A DNA stretch of 64,000 nt from Utricularia gibba (Eukaryota; Plantae; Magnoliophyta), in contig CM007991.1 in the NCBI GenBank assembly GCA_002189035.1, forward strand, positions 3,844,001-3,908,000, written 5' to 3'. Within the stretch, counting starts at the first letter, position 1, and each line of letters starts with the position of its first letter. The translations under genes and the position numbers were made by a program. Positions 51,152 through 64,000 of this stretch are shown here, one piece after another. The notes under the pieces are model-generated. The model did not search any database. It was not told where the DNA came from and saw only the letters and a list, made by a program, of their open reading frames with translations.

Positions 51152-54100
51152 ATGGGGAAAAAGAAGAAGGATTTTGCTGCCGGAGGCGAAAGTCAGCACT
51201 CGAAGTCCACAGTTTTCGTAGCTAATCTGCCTTTCTCCTTCAGTAATTCCGAGGTTCTATTTTTCGCTTAGTCTCAATCGTTCTACATTCACGCCTGAGA
51301 GTATAATCGTGTTTTTTTGTGGTGAATTTGAAAAAAAAAAATGTCCATGCTGTATGGCGTTTGTTTGGCGATCAAAATTAAGTGTGCTGCGTGCGCTTGA
51401 ACTTGTAAACTCTTGGATAATCATGAATGCCGTCTTCATTTTTCTTATTTCTGAATTATGTTAGATGGAAGAGTTATTTAGTGAGGTTGGACCAATCAGA
51501 AGGTGCTTTTTGGTAACAAAGAAAGGTACGCACTCGTTAACTATCTTTTCATTGTGATTATTCACGATACTATGGGTTTACGCTGAAGATTTTTTTATCA
51601 TTCTATTAGTTGTTTTGATCATTGTAAACATGGGTTTGGAAATGATTTTCCCAGTATCCTGAACTGCAAGTATATGCTTATTTATTATTTCCGTGTATTC
51701 TAGGATCTACCGATCATCGGGGCTTTGGCTATGTCCAGTTGTAAGCTTTGTGATTTCCCATCCCCACATTCCTTCGTCAGTTAATCTGTAACCAATTGCG
51801 ATGTTTACATAAATTTGTAGTGCTTCTCTTGAAGATGCCACTCGTGCCACCGAGCAGAAAAATAATGTAACTGTTGGAGGCCGAAAAATAATCGTTAAAC
51901 ATGCAGCACATCGTGCTCCACTTGAACAACGTCGAGCTAAGGCTGATAAAGGTATGCTGCTGCCCAAACACTTCATCATGCACATCTTGTCAATGATAGA
52001 TCAGTCAATTCCTGTTTTTTCGTATTTTGGAATAACATTCTACAGTTTGTTTTAAAAACCTATTTTTTAGGCCAATCCGATGATGTTCCACCAACGAAAG
52101 ACATACCCATAATCAAGAATGTAGTAGATGAGGTTAAAAAGGTCCCAGTTCCCCAATCAACAGGTGTTACATTTAGATGTCTTCATGCATTTGCTTACAA
52201 GGTTTCTTACTCTAATCTGGCATCATTGCCACGTCATAATTGATGCCAACGTAATTAGATGCACGCAAGAAAAAGATAAAAAAAGCAGTTGTTCCAGTGG
52301 CTGCTCCAGACCAACAGAAGGTGCCTGACAAACAAAGGTATTATGTGTCGTATTTGGTGGCGTTTTTAATCTTTCTCGTTTTTTGCAGTATTTTTTGTGC
52401 CCACTGTTACGTTTAACTTTGCTTATTTAGTTTTTTATTTTGGAGCAGGGTTGCGAAAACTGTCATAATTGGTGGTCTTCTTAATGATGGCATGGCAGAG
52501 GAAGTTCACCGACAGGCTAGGGACCTTGGAGAAACCTGCTCCATTAGTTATCCTCTTCCAGAAGTAGAGCTTGAGCATCATGGTAAGAATCATACAAGTA
52601 TCACGTAACTTATTTCCATTATGTGTGACTTTTTTCCTCTTATTGTTACTAAATATCCACATAGAGAACTGAAACTGCACATTTCGGATACAATTGAACT
52701 TAGAGTGATGCTAAACTATATTTTAAAGGTGTTATGACTTCAAAGATCCCTTGGTGTTGCTTATGATGAAATTGCTAGTACCCATGTCCTATTATTATGG
52801 AGTTCAGAAAACCCGTACTCTAATCGCAACACTCTCATTAAAGGTTTGGCTGCTGATGGATGCAAACCCGCTGCTTCATCAATACTTTACACAAGTGTAA
52901 AATCAGCTCGCCAGTGTGTTGCAGCTTTACACCAAAAAGAGATGCATGGAGGACTTGTTTGGGCACGCCAGCTTGGTGGTGAGGTGAACAGTTAAAACTT
53001 CCCTTTCTATGCATAAAATGATCAATGCAAATTTTGTTCTATTTCAATGCATCTTTGAGAACTCTCTGTTTCTTATTGGGAGTAAATAAACTTACTCAAT
53101 TTTTCATTTTTATGCTCTGCTGACCAGGGTGCCAAAACTCAGAAGTGGAAACTCATCGTGAGAAATCTTCCTTTCAAGGTTGCTTTTGTGAACTTGCTCT
53201 TGGACTGATCCTATACAATTTTTATTGTTCCGTGCACCATTATTCTCCATTTCAAGCATGCTTACCCTGTTTTTCTCATGCGGATGGCTGTTGATTTCAG
53301 GTCAAGATAGCAGAGATTAGAGACATGTTTTCTTCAGCAGGATTTGTATGGGATGTTATTATTACTCAAAATCCTGAAACTGGGTACAAACTCATCTTGC
53401 ATGTTTCATATGTAGTGGATTATTCGTCTAACTTGTTTTCTGATAGGGTATCTAAAGGATATGCCTTTGTTAAGTTCACATCAAGGCATGATGCTGAAAA
53501 GGTATGTTACATGCTTTCTGAATTATGTATCCCGTTTAAGAACTGAGGTGATGAGTTTCATCTGTTACTTCTGGTTTGTTTGAAATGTGGTTCTTGAATA
53601 AATTCTATATAGAGTTGAGGTAACAACGTATGCATTCTTCTTGCAACTTTTTCAGTGATCAGAATATTTGTTACAGTTATTCTGCTCTTTTTCTGGGACG
53701 CATGATTCTGAAATGTCATCTATCTAGAATTTTTAGGAGGATTTGTTTTATATTCATGTATATGAGGGATCTTCTATAGAGTTTAACGCATCATGATGAA
53801 GCGTATTAATTTCCATAAAGATTTGTTTGCATTAGAGCATTCATATTCTAGTATTTTACAGTTCTAGTATTTTATTTTTCATAAAGATCACAAAAAATAG
53901 AGTATTATTTTTACAGTTCTAGTATTTTATTTTACAGTTCGAGCATTCATAAAGATTTGTTACAGTTCTAGTATTTTATTTTTCTTCTTGTATCATCCGG
54001 TGCAGGTTATTCAGAGCTTTAATGGCAAAAAAATTGGTAAAAGGCAGATTGCTGTTGATTGGGCAGTTCCAAAGAATGTGTACGTAACTGGCAGCAATGC

Positions 54101-56425
54101 TACCTCTGCGGGACATGGTATTTTGCTTACTTTTGCCACTCGAAGTGTGTACTCCTGATTAGTTCCCCTTTCTCCAAGCATTGTCATATTCTTGTGATCT
54201 GTATTTGCAGTGGCTCAAAGTTATCAAACATTTTTTCTGCACAAGCCATTGTACCTGCTAATCAGAGCCGCCTCTTGATCATAATACTACTTTTTATAGG
54301 TCAGGAAGAAGTTGATGGAGCTAGCAGTGAATCAGAGGACATTGAGGTGGGATCAGTAAAAGATTCAGAGGGAGTTGATGGAATTGATGATTCCATGGAT
54401 GAATCCGACTCTATTGATAAGGATCATAATTCAATGGAAATTGATCTTCAGAAAGAACAAGAGATTACGAAAAAGGTTCTTGAGAACTTCATGCTGCCAG
54501 CACCCAAAGATGATAATGAGAAGGATGGCTTGGCAGTTACGGCTATAAAAGTGAGCAATGACTCAACGTCTACTAAAAATAAGTCAGGTGATGCATCAGG
54601 AAGGAATCAAATGGCGGTCAATGATGCGGATAGGGGTCCAAGCAATACAAAATCACAGGATGAAGATGAATTGCGGAGGACTGTTTTCATTAATAACCTG
54701 CCGTTTGATATATCTCCTGACGAGGTTAAAGAGCGATTTTCTTCTTTTGGTGAAGTGCAGTCATTCCTTCCGGTTCTTCATAAAGTCACAAAGTGAGTAC
54801 ATGCTACCTTTCGAAGGTTCTTGCCTTTTTGGGGTCTATTTTCCTATGCTCATCTTTTATTTTTTCCGAAAGGCGTCCGCGAGGATCTGGATTTCTCAAG
54901 TTCACTACACCGGATGCTGCTAATGCTGCATTCTTAGCTGCCACTACTGGAGGTATCTCTGGAATTCTGTTCAAAGGTAGAAACATAAAAGTGCTGAAGG
55001 CCCTGGATAAGAAGGCAGCCTACAATAAATCACTAGATAAGGGTAAAAAGGAGGAAAATGACCAGAGAAATCTCTATCTCGCGAAGGTTTATTTCACATT
55101 CCATCTTAATTAAAGCCTCATCCCATGTGTTTTTTTTTTTTTTTTTTTTTTTGAAAAGGAACGCGTCCATAACCCCTGAAAATGAGACCTGATACGCTTA
55201 TCTGACTTGTAGTTTTATATTTTGCTCCTTGTTACCAGGAAGGCCTTATCCTGGAAGGCACTCCTGCTGCAGAAGGTGTTTCTGCCAGTGATATGTCAAA
55301 AAGAAAGAAGTACGTGAGTTTGAGAAATTCTTGCCTTGGCTTTATTTTATCACCTGACCATGAATTTGAAGGTGTGCCTCTTATTATTTGACTAACAGTA
55401 CCATCTTAATGCGGCCTTTTGTGGGTTGTAGGTTGTATGAAGATAAGATGACTAAGCTTCGATCTCCAAACTTTCGTGTATCAAATACACGGCTCATCAT
55501 GTACAATGTGCCGAAGACAATGGATGAAAGAGATCTCAAGTCACTTTTTCTCAACGCTGTCACCTCTCGAGCCACGAAGCAAAAGCCTACCATCCGGCAG
55601 GTTGCATATGTTCTGTTGTTCAAAATGATGTGTTTTTTTCTAGAATCGGGGCAGAACCTTTTCTAACTTGGGGCTTGGCTTCACACATGTTCAGATAAAG
55701 ATCATGAGGGATTCAAAGAAGGGAAAAGAGGATCATAAGCGAGGTGTTGCCTTTTTGGAGTTCACCGAGCATCAGCACGCACTCGTTGCCCTCAGAGTTC
55801 TCAATAATAATCCTGGTCAGTTATCTCCATTACCATGATTCCTGAGCTTTTCACAACGTGATCTTTATACCGACAATGTTGCTCAGATACCTTTGACGCG
55901 GAACGTCGCCCGATCGTGGAGTTTGCTCTGGATAACGTTCAAAAACTGAAGATTCGTCAAGAAAAGCTTAAAATCCAGCAGGAGAACCAGCACAGGGACA
56001 GGGATGCCCCCGGCAGCAAAAGGAGTGAACACGGTGAAGCACCTGCAGATGAGAAGAGGCTTCACTCAAGGAAGCCTAAACCCCCTCAAAAGCCTGGACC
56101 AGCCCGGAAGACTTCCTCGGAGATGGACGCGCCGCCGCCCACTCCACCACAGTCAGGGAGGAGCCTGAAGAAACAAAAATTCGCCCCCAAGACAGCAGTG
56201 CAATCTGCCCCCCGGGAAGATCATCAGCCCAAGCAAGCGACAGAAAGTGATGGTTCAAGGAAGAGGAAACGCACCAAAACAAAGGAACCGATTGGGCGTG
56301 ATGTTGTTGACAAGCTCGATGTCCTGATCCAGCAATACCGAGAAAAGCTCTCAGGAGGCAGCAGTTCTGCACAGCAGCAGCAGCAGCAAGGAATCAAGCA
56401 GCTAAGAAGATGGTTTGAAACGTAA
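51152..56425 (+). CDS. RBM28: RNA-binding protein 28 / Nop4-like nucleolar RRM protein (60S biogenesis)
   Basis: STVFVANLPFS; HRGFGYVQF; QKWKLIVRNLPFK; RQIAVDWAVPK; RTVFINNLPFD; DQRNLYLAKEG; NFRVSNTRLIMYNVPK; ALVALRVLNNNP; RPIVEFALDNVQKLK; ends RRWFET*. Confidence 0.95.
53814..53984. repeat. Patchwork of shuffled short direct repeats in an RBM28 intron
   Basis: ACAGTTCTAGTATTTTATTTT x3 (near 53858, 53913, 53962), CATAAAGATTTGTT x2 (53814, 53948), GAGCATTCATA x2 (53835, 53941), plus partial copies. Confidence 0.85.
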
Positions 56426-57216
56426 TTGGCTTCTCCCGTTTTCCCAAGACGAGGCTCACTGATTTATCAGGTAGAGGAAAAAAAAAAAAAAGATACATGC
56501 ATTCGATGATCTTCCATTTTTGTTGTCTGTTGGAATCCGAATTTGTAATAGAAAATCGGATACAATATTTTTTTACAATATAATTTAATTTTTGGGAAGT
56601 ATTTAATAGACGGTTTTAATAAGGTTTTTATTTTTTTAAATATTATTTGATGTTTATTTTAATATTTTTTTCATTTTTATTAAAAATAAGTAACATAAAT
56701 GAAAAAACTTGATTTTTCACCCAGACTTCCCAAAGTTTGTGTGTAGCTGTGAAATGCGTGGATCAACGCTAAAGAAGTACTGTGGATCACCAAAGGGGTT
56801 CTTGATTCCATGTTTCTATCTTACATACTAAATAAATTTATATGTATATATGATGATCATTTTTCTCATATATTCAAAAGATAGTAATTAATTGGATGTA
56901 TTAGAAATCTAGCCAACTTTAATGATGTGTGAAAAAAATGGTCACCTTCAATTAAAATTTTTTGCTCTAATATGTAAGAGAAAGTGGAAAGGTAACCATG
57001 ACCGGTGGTCAATTTTGTAATGCACTCTTCTTTCTCCATTTATGTATTCTGAAAGCATGTGTTAGGTCATTAATCATTCAAGACAGGGGCGAAGCGAGCA
57101 TCATTCCCGGTCCCCACTCTAACCACTGGCTTTAAACTCTCATCTTCACTCGTAACTGTCTTCAAGACTGAACTTTTCTTTATATACCTACAAGTATGGA
57201 GCAAGGAGAGGCAAGA

Positions 57217-57516
57217 ATGGGGACTGGGAGAGCAGCAGCATATGCATCTTGGCTTATGCCACTTTTTCTTCTGGTGCTGGTTCTGGGACGAGTTCAAGTA
57301 ACCTGTGCAGTTACCTGCGATCCTTCCCAGCTCGTCCCCTGTGCAGCGACCATCTTCAATTCGGCTCCGCCAAGCCCTGCCTGCTGCTCCGAGTTGAGGG
57401 AGCAGCAGCCATGCCTTTGCGGGTACATGAAGAACCCTTCTTACAGGGGAATGATCAGTTCACCCGGTGCTGCTATGATGTCGCAGACATGCCATGTTCC
57501 TATGCCCAGATGCTAA
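57217..57516 (+). CDS. Non-specific lipid transfer protein type 2 (nsLTP2)
   Basis: Hydrophobic signal peptide, then VTCDPSQLVPCAATI..PSPACCSELREQQPCLCGYMKNPSYRGMISSPGA..TCHVPMPRC. TATA near 57180. Alternative in-frame ATGs at 57196 and 57256. Confidence 0.92.
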   Translation: MGTGRAAAYASWLMPLFLLVLVLGRVQVTCAVTCDPSQLVPCAATIFNSAPPSPACCSELREQQPCLCGYMKNPSYRGMISSPGAAMMSQTCHVPMPRC

Positions 57517-57957
57517 AAGATTTCAATCTTCTTATCAGTTGTCACTGAATTATACTCAGTAAGGAAGTACTTGTCTCGTGTGATTGCAAAACTCCACAAT
57601 TTCTTGTTGTGTGTTGCTCTATCTGTTGGTTTCTGGAGTCTGCTGTGTGCATAGGAAATAAAAGCACTGTTCATTGGTTGAATCATATATTTAATCAAGC
57701 AATAGAAGGGCAGCCGTAGTGTATATAAAGGAGTCAAGGGGCAGTGTGCAGAAGCAGATAGAACACAGAGAACATTCTGTGATAGGAGCCACTGTTCCAT
57801 CACGGACTGTTGAATGTAAATGTAGAAACGAGCAAACATGTCAACTGAAACAAGCAGTAAGCATTATAGTACAACAAAGCAAGCTTCCACCTTGCTTTTT
57901 ATTGACTAACAGAGTCCAAATGACTAGTTGGAACGAGTCTCAGAGCCAGGCAGTAAA

Positions 57958-59886
57958 CTAAAGCCTATCAGCTAAAGGAATGAAACTAGTTCTATCATAA
58001 AAAGGATGTATGGATTGATGCAGAGCACTGTTTTCTCCGGTGCCCGGCGGCACCTTGATACCATCTTTGGTATTAGAGTGAGGGCCTGCATTCTTCCCTT
58101 TGGGAGATGATACATTCAGTAAAAACCTGTGTATCATCTCATAGCTGGTGAACGTTATTGCTGCAGAGGGTGTTGTTCTCAACAGATTGGTACCACACCC
58201 ACGGTAAAACCCGGGAATACCCTCCTTTTTGAACACTTTCCTGATGCAGTCAATAACTCCGGAGTATTTTGGCTCACAGTTGCGTACATGACCTTGTTCT
58301 TGCAACCTCGAACGGATGACCTAATGCAATGTTTAAAGATAAACTAGATAGACCGGTGTATCAAAAAGGTTAGTTTCAGAAATGGAGGGAACACTTACCT
58401 CATGAGGGTAAGTTGATACAGAAGCAACTATTTTTGATATCGATGATGCAACAGCAACTTCTCCAGGATTAAGTTTATTGCTGCTTTTATTTCCTTGAAA
58501 AAAAAATGCAGAAATAGTTAGGCGTGAGTAATCTAAGGGAACTTCAGCATTTTCAGTGGCCCAGAAAGCACAATGATTTTCTCGAAGTGCAATTAAAAGC
58601 AGCAAAATGGAAAGGATGAAGCCACATGCACCTCGGTTAGCCAAGTAATGTTTTGTTCTTTCGTAAGTGGGGAACTGGATGGCAACGTGACTAATTCCAG
58701 CCAAGGAAGGGAGAACCCCACTGCAACCAACAAACCATGAAGATGATAACTGAGAAACCTCGCCACGATCCTATGTGGAACCAAAAATTGCAGGGAGATA
58801 ACTGTATATCAAAGGAACAAACCTGTACCATCCACGAAATCCTTCTTCCTGTAAGATTCGTCTCAATGCAGAAATTATACCCTTATAAGGGACCACATCT
58901 TGCCTCATTCCTTGAGTCTGACCATAATGAATTAGTTTTGACAAGATTTACTTAATAATACTGAGGGCAGAAAGGCATTCCAACCTACTTGAAGTCTTGT
59001 CTTAACAACCCACAAAGGATTTGTGGTTATGGCAGTGGCAGCTCCTGCTCCAGCAGCAGCTATCATATTTGAACCAATTGGAAGCTGATCCCCACTCGAA
59101 CCTGAGTGATTTCTAAAATTATAACACAACAAAAAATCAAAAAGAATGCAGGAGTTTACAAAAATCCCGATACAAATAGACACAAACCTGTATTCAGTAT
59201 CCCTTTAAGGTGACCATAGACTGTAAAGTAAACCTACAATGATAAGTATCTCATCACTCATCTGATCAATCCTCAATCAGATGTATACATGATACTCTGC
59301 TTTAAGCATATTCCACACTAAACGCTGTAGCACTTAGTAAGCTCACCGCCCAATTTGGAAGGAGTGCAGTCAGTGTTGGAGTGAGGCCACGATAAAGACC
59401 CCTGAATCCTTCATCTCGTAATATATTTTTCATGCTCACAACAATAACACTTCCTGGTTCAGATATGCCATGGAATCATGTCATAAAGACGACAGATTAC
59501 AAAGATTTACTATGAGACGAAAGAGAGCCTCATTTCACGAAAATACTCCAAAAGTCACTTAGACAGCATCTCACGAAGACTCCCCCGATTCAAAGATTTG
59601 AAAAATTGGCAAAATGCAGAACTGAAGAAAAAAAGAGAATGATCAGCTGAACAACCTATACGACCAGAGGCGTGCATTTCAGGCAAGCCATGGACTTGAA
59701 GCCTCGTCTTTATCACATCCAATGGGCACAAAAATGTCGCCGCAATCGCACCTGAAAGAAACCGATCAATCCCAATTCCAGAAACGAAAAAAGGATCGGG
59801 AACACACGAAATGAATTACCCGCAGCGGCACCAGCCGAGGCGTCGCAAATTATTTCTCTCATACTCCGCGGTTCTCCAGCGCCCAT
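57958..59886 (-). CDS. Mitochondrial carrier family NAD+ transporter (NDT1/NDT2-like)
   Basis: [10 protein letters not shown]|[20 protein letters not shown]; [17 protein letters not shown]|VYFTVY; [12 protein letters not shown]; [16 protein letters not shown]; TYPHE|[10 protein letters not shown]; [31 protein letters not shown]. Confidence 0.95.
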
Positions 59887-61959
59887 GACCTTCGAGAATC
59901 CTCCTCCGATTCCGCAACACGAATAATGAGGCCCCCTTCAAGACGTCGCGAAGATCCCAATTGCAATCGCCACTAATGCATCCATAGATTTCAATTCAGG
60001 AACTGCTCAAGAATCCTCCCATAAAACAGAACCAGGGGTTATCGGAACCCATCGCCAGGAGTGAAAAAAAGGCGTTTCCTTTATGTCTTTCAGAACGGAA
60101 TCAGGCCACTACCACAACCCTCCCCTCCAACTCTCACTGTCACCACCAATTCCTTCCCCTTTTTCTCTACGCTTTTTCACCGTAGCCCGTAGACAACAGA
60201 TTCTGCAATTATTACCGACTCTTGCATCTGAACCCCCGCTGCATCATTATCAGCCACCATGGTAAAGCCGCCACAGAACTCAGGGTTTCTGCTCGGCGGT
60301 TGAACCGGTGGGACGTGGATCGGTTCCCGGTTCTCTCGCAACGCACATCTCCAAAACCAGAAAATCCAACACTTTCAAAACCACGCCTAATTTGCAATCA
60401 GCCCCCATAAATTTGAAAATTTCAATTAAACGACATTTTAAACTATATAACTATTTTAATATTTTTATAAATTAAATGATTTTATAATACTCTTGTGATA
60501 ATTCGAAAATAGAAGAATTTAAATATAACTCGTAACTAACATAACGTTTAACTGTTCCCATTTTGAAAATTTCTAATCCCATAATGTTTCATAATTGTGG
60601 AGTGGACATTTGAGAAAGGTCAACTAGCAAACCTTCCCATCCAATTGGGGGAACATTTTTTCAAAGCAAACAAATAATATTTTTTGTTGAGCTACTAGTT
60701 TATGTTTAAAAATAATTAAATAAACATATATAATTCATTTTTTAAAAATATAATATAATATTAATATAATAATGTATATTATAATTAAATAAATTCTTCA
60801 ACTCCAACTTTTAAGTGAAGCAAAATTTAAAATAAGCATGTATGATCATTTAACTATTACAACAAATAATTCCACATCGATAAATTAAAGTTAGATGTTA
60901 AAGTATATAAGAAATTATAAATTATTAGTAATCACTTATATATAATATTTTATAATATGATATACTTTTTGTGAAATAAAAATAAAATATGCAAATATGC
61001 ATTATTTTTTTTGATGTTTTTGGGTATATTTAGAAGCATAACCGAAATGAGAAAATAATAGATTGAGCTATTTCCTTGGCGTCATAACTGGTATAATATT
61101 GGTATTCTGTCATAAAATATAATAGCAATATCAGACTAGATTAGGGGCTTGAGGGACCGCACCTTTTTGTGGCCCGAAACCCGCCACCGGCGGAGACCCG
61201 GGAAAAAAGACCCGTTTACGTGGCTTCCTACTCACCACTTGTACTTTTTGGTTGGTTACGAACTAAAAATCTAAGTATTTAAATAGAGATATGTTTATAA
61301 TCTTTTATAAGTATTTTTCATTGGAATTAAAAAATATAAAACTATGAAGATTGAATATCTAAAACGAAAAATAACATACAAGTATAGATTCTGACCATAC
61401 TAGAGTTAAAGTCGTCACATAACCTAACAACAGGAACATGATTTACATGTGCAATTGAAATTTTAGGTACGGGTTTTTGGTTGCGGTCTGATTTTGATGA
61501 TGATCAAAGATTTTTCTTGAAGGTTTACTTAGTTGAATCTTCCAATTTGTAACACCATGAAATTGGAGATACAAAAAATATAAAATAATGTTTGATTAAC
61601 TTAGTTGGTTATGAAATTTAATTTTAAAACGTTGCATAAAAAGAAAAAACACAAACTTAGCTTGTATTTCAGGAGGGATCCACGTGTCTAATTTTGAGCG
61701 GCTGTTGTGGTGCTAAGGAAATAAATTCTATCCACGGTGTTGGATGCTGCGGTCTGAGGGGCGGCCTCCCGAGCCTCGCCAGCCTCATGCTGACTAGACC
61801 ACACCGGATCCGCTTTTATCCGATGAGGAAAGGAAAAAAATTCAATTTACTTTTAAAATAACAAAATGAAACGGCGTCGTCCCCTCGATAAATAATCCGT
61901 GCGCCATTTGAGTTCCATTTCTATTTCTTTTCTTCTTCTTCTCCTGCTCCTCCTCCGCC

Positions 61960-62822
61960 ATGGAAATTCCGGAGATTCATATGATCGCTGGTTTCAGCGA
62001 CGGAGTGAAGCTGATGCAGAGCCCAGTTCCCACCAGCTACCTCTTCTTTTTGTTCGGGGAATTTCAGCGATGGTGGAAATTGGGTGCTCTCATGGTAGCG
62101 GTTTACGCTGCGTTCAGAAGCGTCGCCACCAGACGCAAGCTTGTTTTGATTCTCCACCGGAGTTTTAAAAAGTTTCCTCATCCGAACGACGAGGCGGTCG
62201 ATTCCGGAGACGACGACGGCGACGCGGTTTCCGTGGATGACTTTTCCTCTGAGGATGAGCAGGAGCCTGTGGTCAGGGAAACCGGTACGGCGTCATTTGC
62301 AGGCGGAGACTTCGATGTGAAGGGGTCGCAACTCTTTCGCAGTGGGTGGAAGCCGGAATTTAACCTCGGTAGAAATGTCGTGCAGCTGTGGGATAGTCTC
62401 GGGATGAGTCTCGATTTGGATGAGGATTCACTCGATCTGGATTCCAGGGGCGTGGTTTCAACCTGGGATTCCGATGAGGAGCAAAAGGCGATCGACTATT
62501 GGAGTATCCCCCGATTTCGCCGGCTACCTCTCCGTTGATTTTGACGGCGGAGAGTAACGAGAAAGGGGACGGCGTTATTTTGAGCGGTTACGATTCCAGA
62601 ATCCGACGGCGATCACCGGCTTTGTACGCCGAATGGAAGTTGCCGACGAGGACGGTGGCGGGTTTGTCCTCAGGGGGCGTTTCTAAGGTGTACCTGAGAG
62701 ACGACGTCAACGGCGTGATCGACGTTGGCGACGTTAGGAAAGTCGGACAGCCGTTAAAGACTGTGAGAGAAAGTAACGGCGATAGGTGGTGGGACGCTGA
62801 CGCCGTTAAATTTGATGATTAA
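61960..62822 (+). CDS. Uncharacterised plant membrane protein (At1g25400/At1g68440-like), intronless; one apparent 1-nt frameshift
   Basis: MEIP..; WWKLGALMVAV hydrophobic segment; acidic linker; GRNVVQLWDSLG; second frame KVYLRDDVNG..VGDVRKV..WWDADAV. Adding one C to the run at 62508-62512 joins the two ORFs. The family assignment is recalled. Confidence 0.65.
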
Positions 62823-63808
62823 TTTGTCCAGTCCAGTCCATTCTCCGCTTCCTAATTGCTAATTAATCATTAAAACCCTGGGCATGTCTCTTGTAAATTA
62901 ATAATTTTGAATTATTATCATTATTTTATTATTCAATAATGGGACCTTCATTCGAATACAGTCACATTTCTTAATTGGTTATTTCAAAATATTAATATTC
63001 TTTTAACTAAATTAATATAAAACTAAAATAATTTATAAAGTCGTTTTTGTCAAATAAAACAACGTCAGTTAGTAGTTGTTTGTTGTACATAAATTTTATT
63101 ACAAATTATATTAATTTAATAAACGAATTTCTAATAGAAAAAAATAACCTTATTTAATTAAAAAATTAAGTGCAAAAATAAATTTGGAAATTTTGATTTA
63201 AAGGATAAACATATATACACACATAATATATATTTACGATATATTGTATTTATCAAAGAAAATAATTATTAATATAACAATTAATATTTTATGTATATTA
63301 TATTGTACATTTTAAACATCTAACTCTTATAATTTTACGTTTTTTATTTTCAAGAAAAAAACTTCATTTAAAATTAAATAAAATCTTTTTCTATCTATCC
63401 ATAATCGACTTGAAATTTACTTAATATCCCTCCACCTTTTCTTGGAATAGGTCCCTTCCTCCCTTCTTGAAAACTTAGCATCAATATTTAATCACCATTG
63501 GTTATAAACTTGAGTTTGACTTTGATATCAAATATAGTTTAACATTTAAACCTATTAAATAAAGGATGATAAATGTACAATTTAAGAGTTCAACAACCCA
63601 AATTTGACAGTGAAATGAAATGGGTAAACATATTCAAATGAAAATTACCACATGAATGAAGTTATTATAATGCTGTAAATATTCTGCACATGTCCTGTGT
63701 GTAGTTTTGAGTTAATATTCACATATTATATGAGACTCTGCAGGAGGTTGGAAAGCAAAATACAGAAGCGCACCGAGGAATGAGAATGCACCCTGTTTAA
63801 ACTAGACG

Positions 63809-63925
63809 TCATTCCTCTACAAAATCTCTGATGTGCTCAAATTTTGTGAACGAGTAGCACGTCTTGATGGACCAAGGAATTGTTGCTCTCGGCCAAACTG
63901 AAACCAGAATGCTTGCACTTGTGCT
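63809..63925 (-). CDS. Possible last exon of a gene continuing beyond the window
   Basis: A pyrimidine-rich acceptor TTTTCAG precedes 39 open codons, STSASILVSVWPRATIPWSIKTCYSFTKFEHIRDFVEE*. Family not recognised. The nearest donor would give only a 46-nt intron. Confidence 0.3.
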   Translation of the reverse strand, partial: STSASILVSVWPRATIPWSIKTCYSFTKFEHIRDFVEE

Positions 63926-64000
63926 CTGAAAATACAAAAAGAATTACAATTTTTCATAAGGCAAAAGCTACCTTCAGTGTTCCTGTGGGAGATGTTTTAT

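Noticed and set aside
60869-60970. ATTCCACATCG (one mismatch to the snRNA USE RTCCCACATCG) followed 24 bp later by TATATAA, i.e. Pol III-like spacing
   Set aside because: The downstream DNA is almost pure A/T, resembles no U6, U3, 7SL or MRP RNA, and reaches a T5 run within about 60 bp. TATA-like words are everywhere in this spacer.

Overview
Gene-dense eudicot nuclear DNA with about 20 intron-containing genes plus one pseudogene in 64 kb, short introns and very AT-rich spacers. The compact layout suggests a small plant genome, but the species cannot be determined from the sequence. In order: At4g08330-like pseudogene, REV1 (+), NRPB3 (+), class II PABP (+), COR27/28-like (+), SCO2/CYO1 (+), NodH-like sulfotransferase (+), HHO/NIGT1 GARP factor (-), argC (-), pollen-type LRR-extensin (-), RMA1-like RING E3 (-), DIR1-like LTP (+), RabG3/Rab7 (-), At2g16250-like LRR-RLK (-), RER1 (-), PCH1-like (+), RPS25 (-), RBM28/Nop4 (+), nsLTP2 (+), NAD carrier NDT (-), and an At1g25400-like membrane protein (+). 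I saw no rRNA, tRNA, CRISPR array or intact transposon. Main observations: (1) five apparent frameshifts in three genes are all a C/G homopolymer one base short, most likely assembly error; (2) two light/clock regulators (PCH1-like, COR27/28-like) carry substitution-type in-frame stops that this error mode does not explain; (3) RabG3 has a U12-type intron; (4) there are several short templated duplications and GC-rich non-coding islands. I found no convincing new multi-gene system. All family names and Arabidopsis comparisons are recalled from memory, not from a database search.
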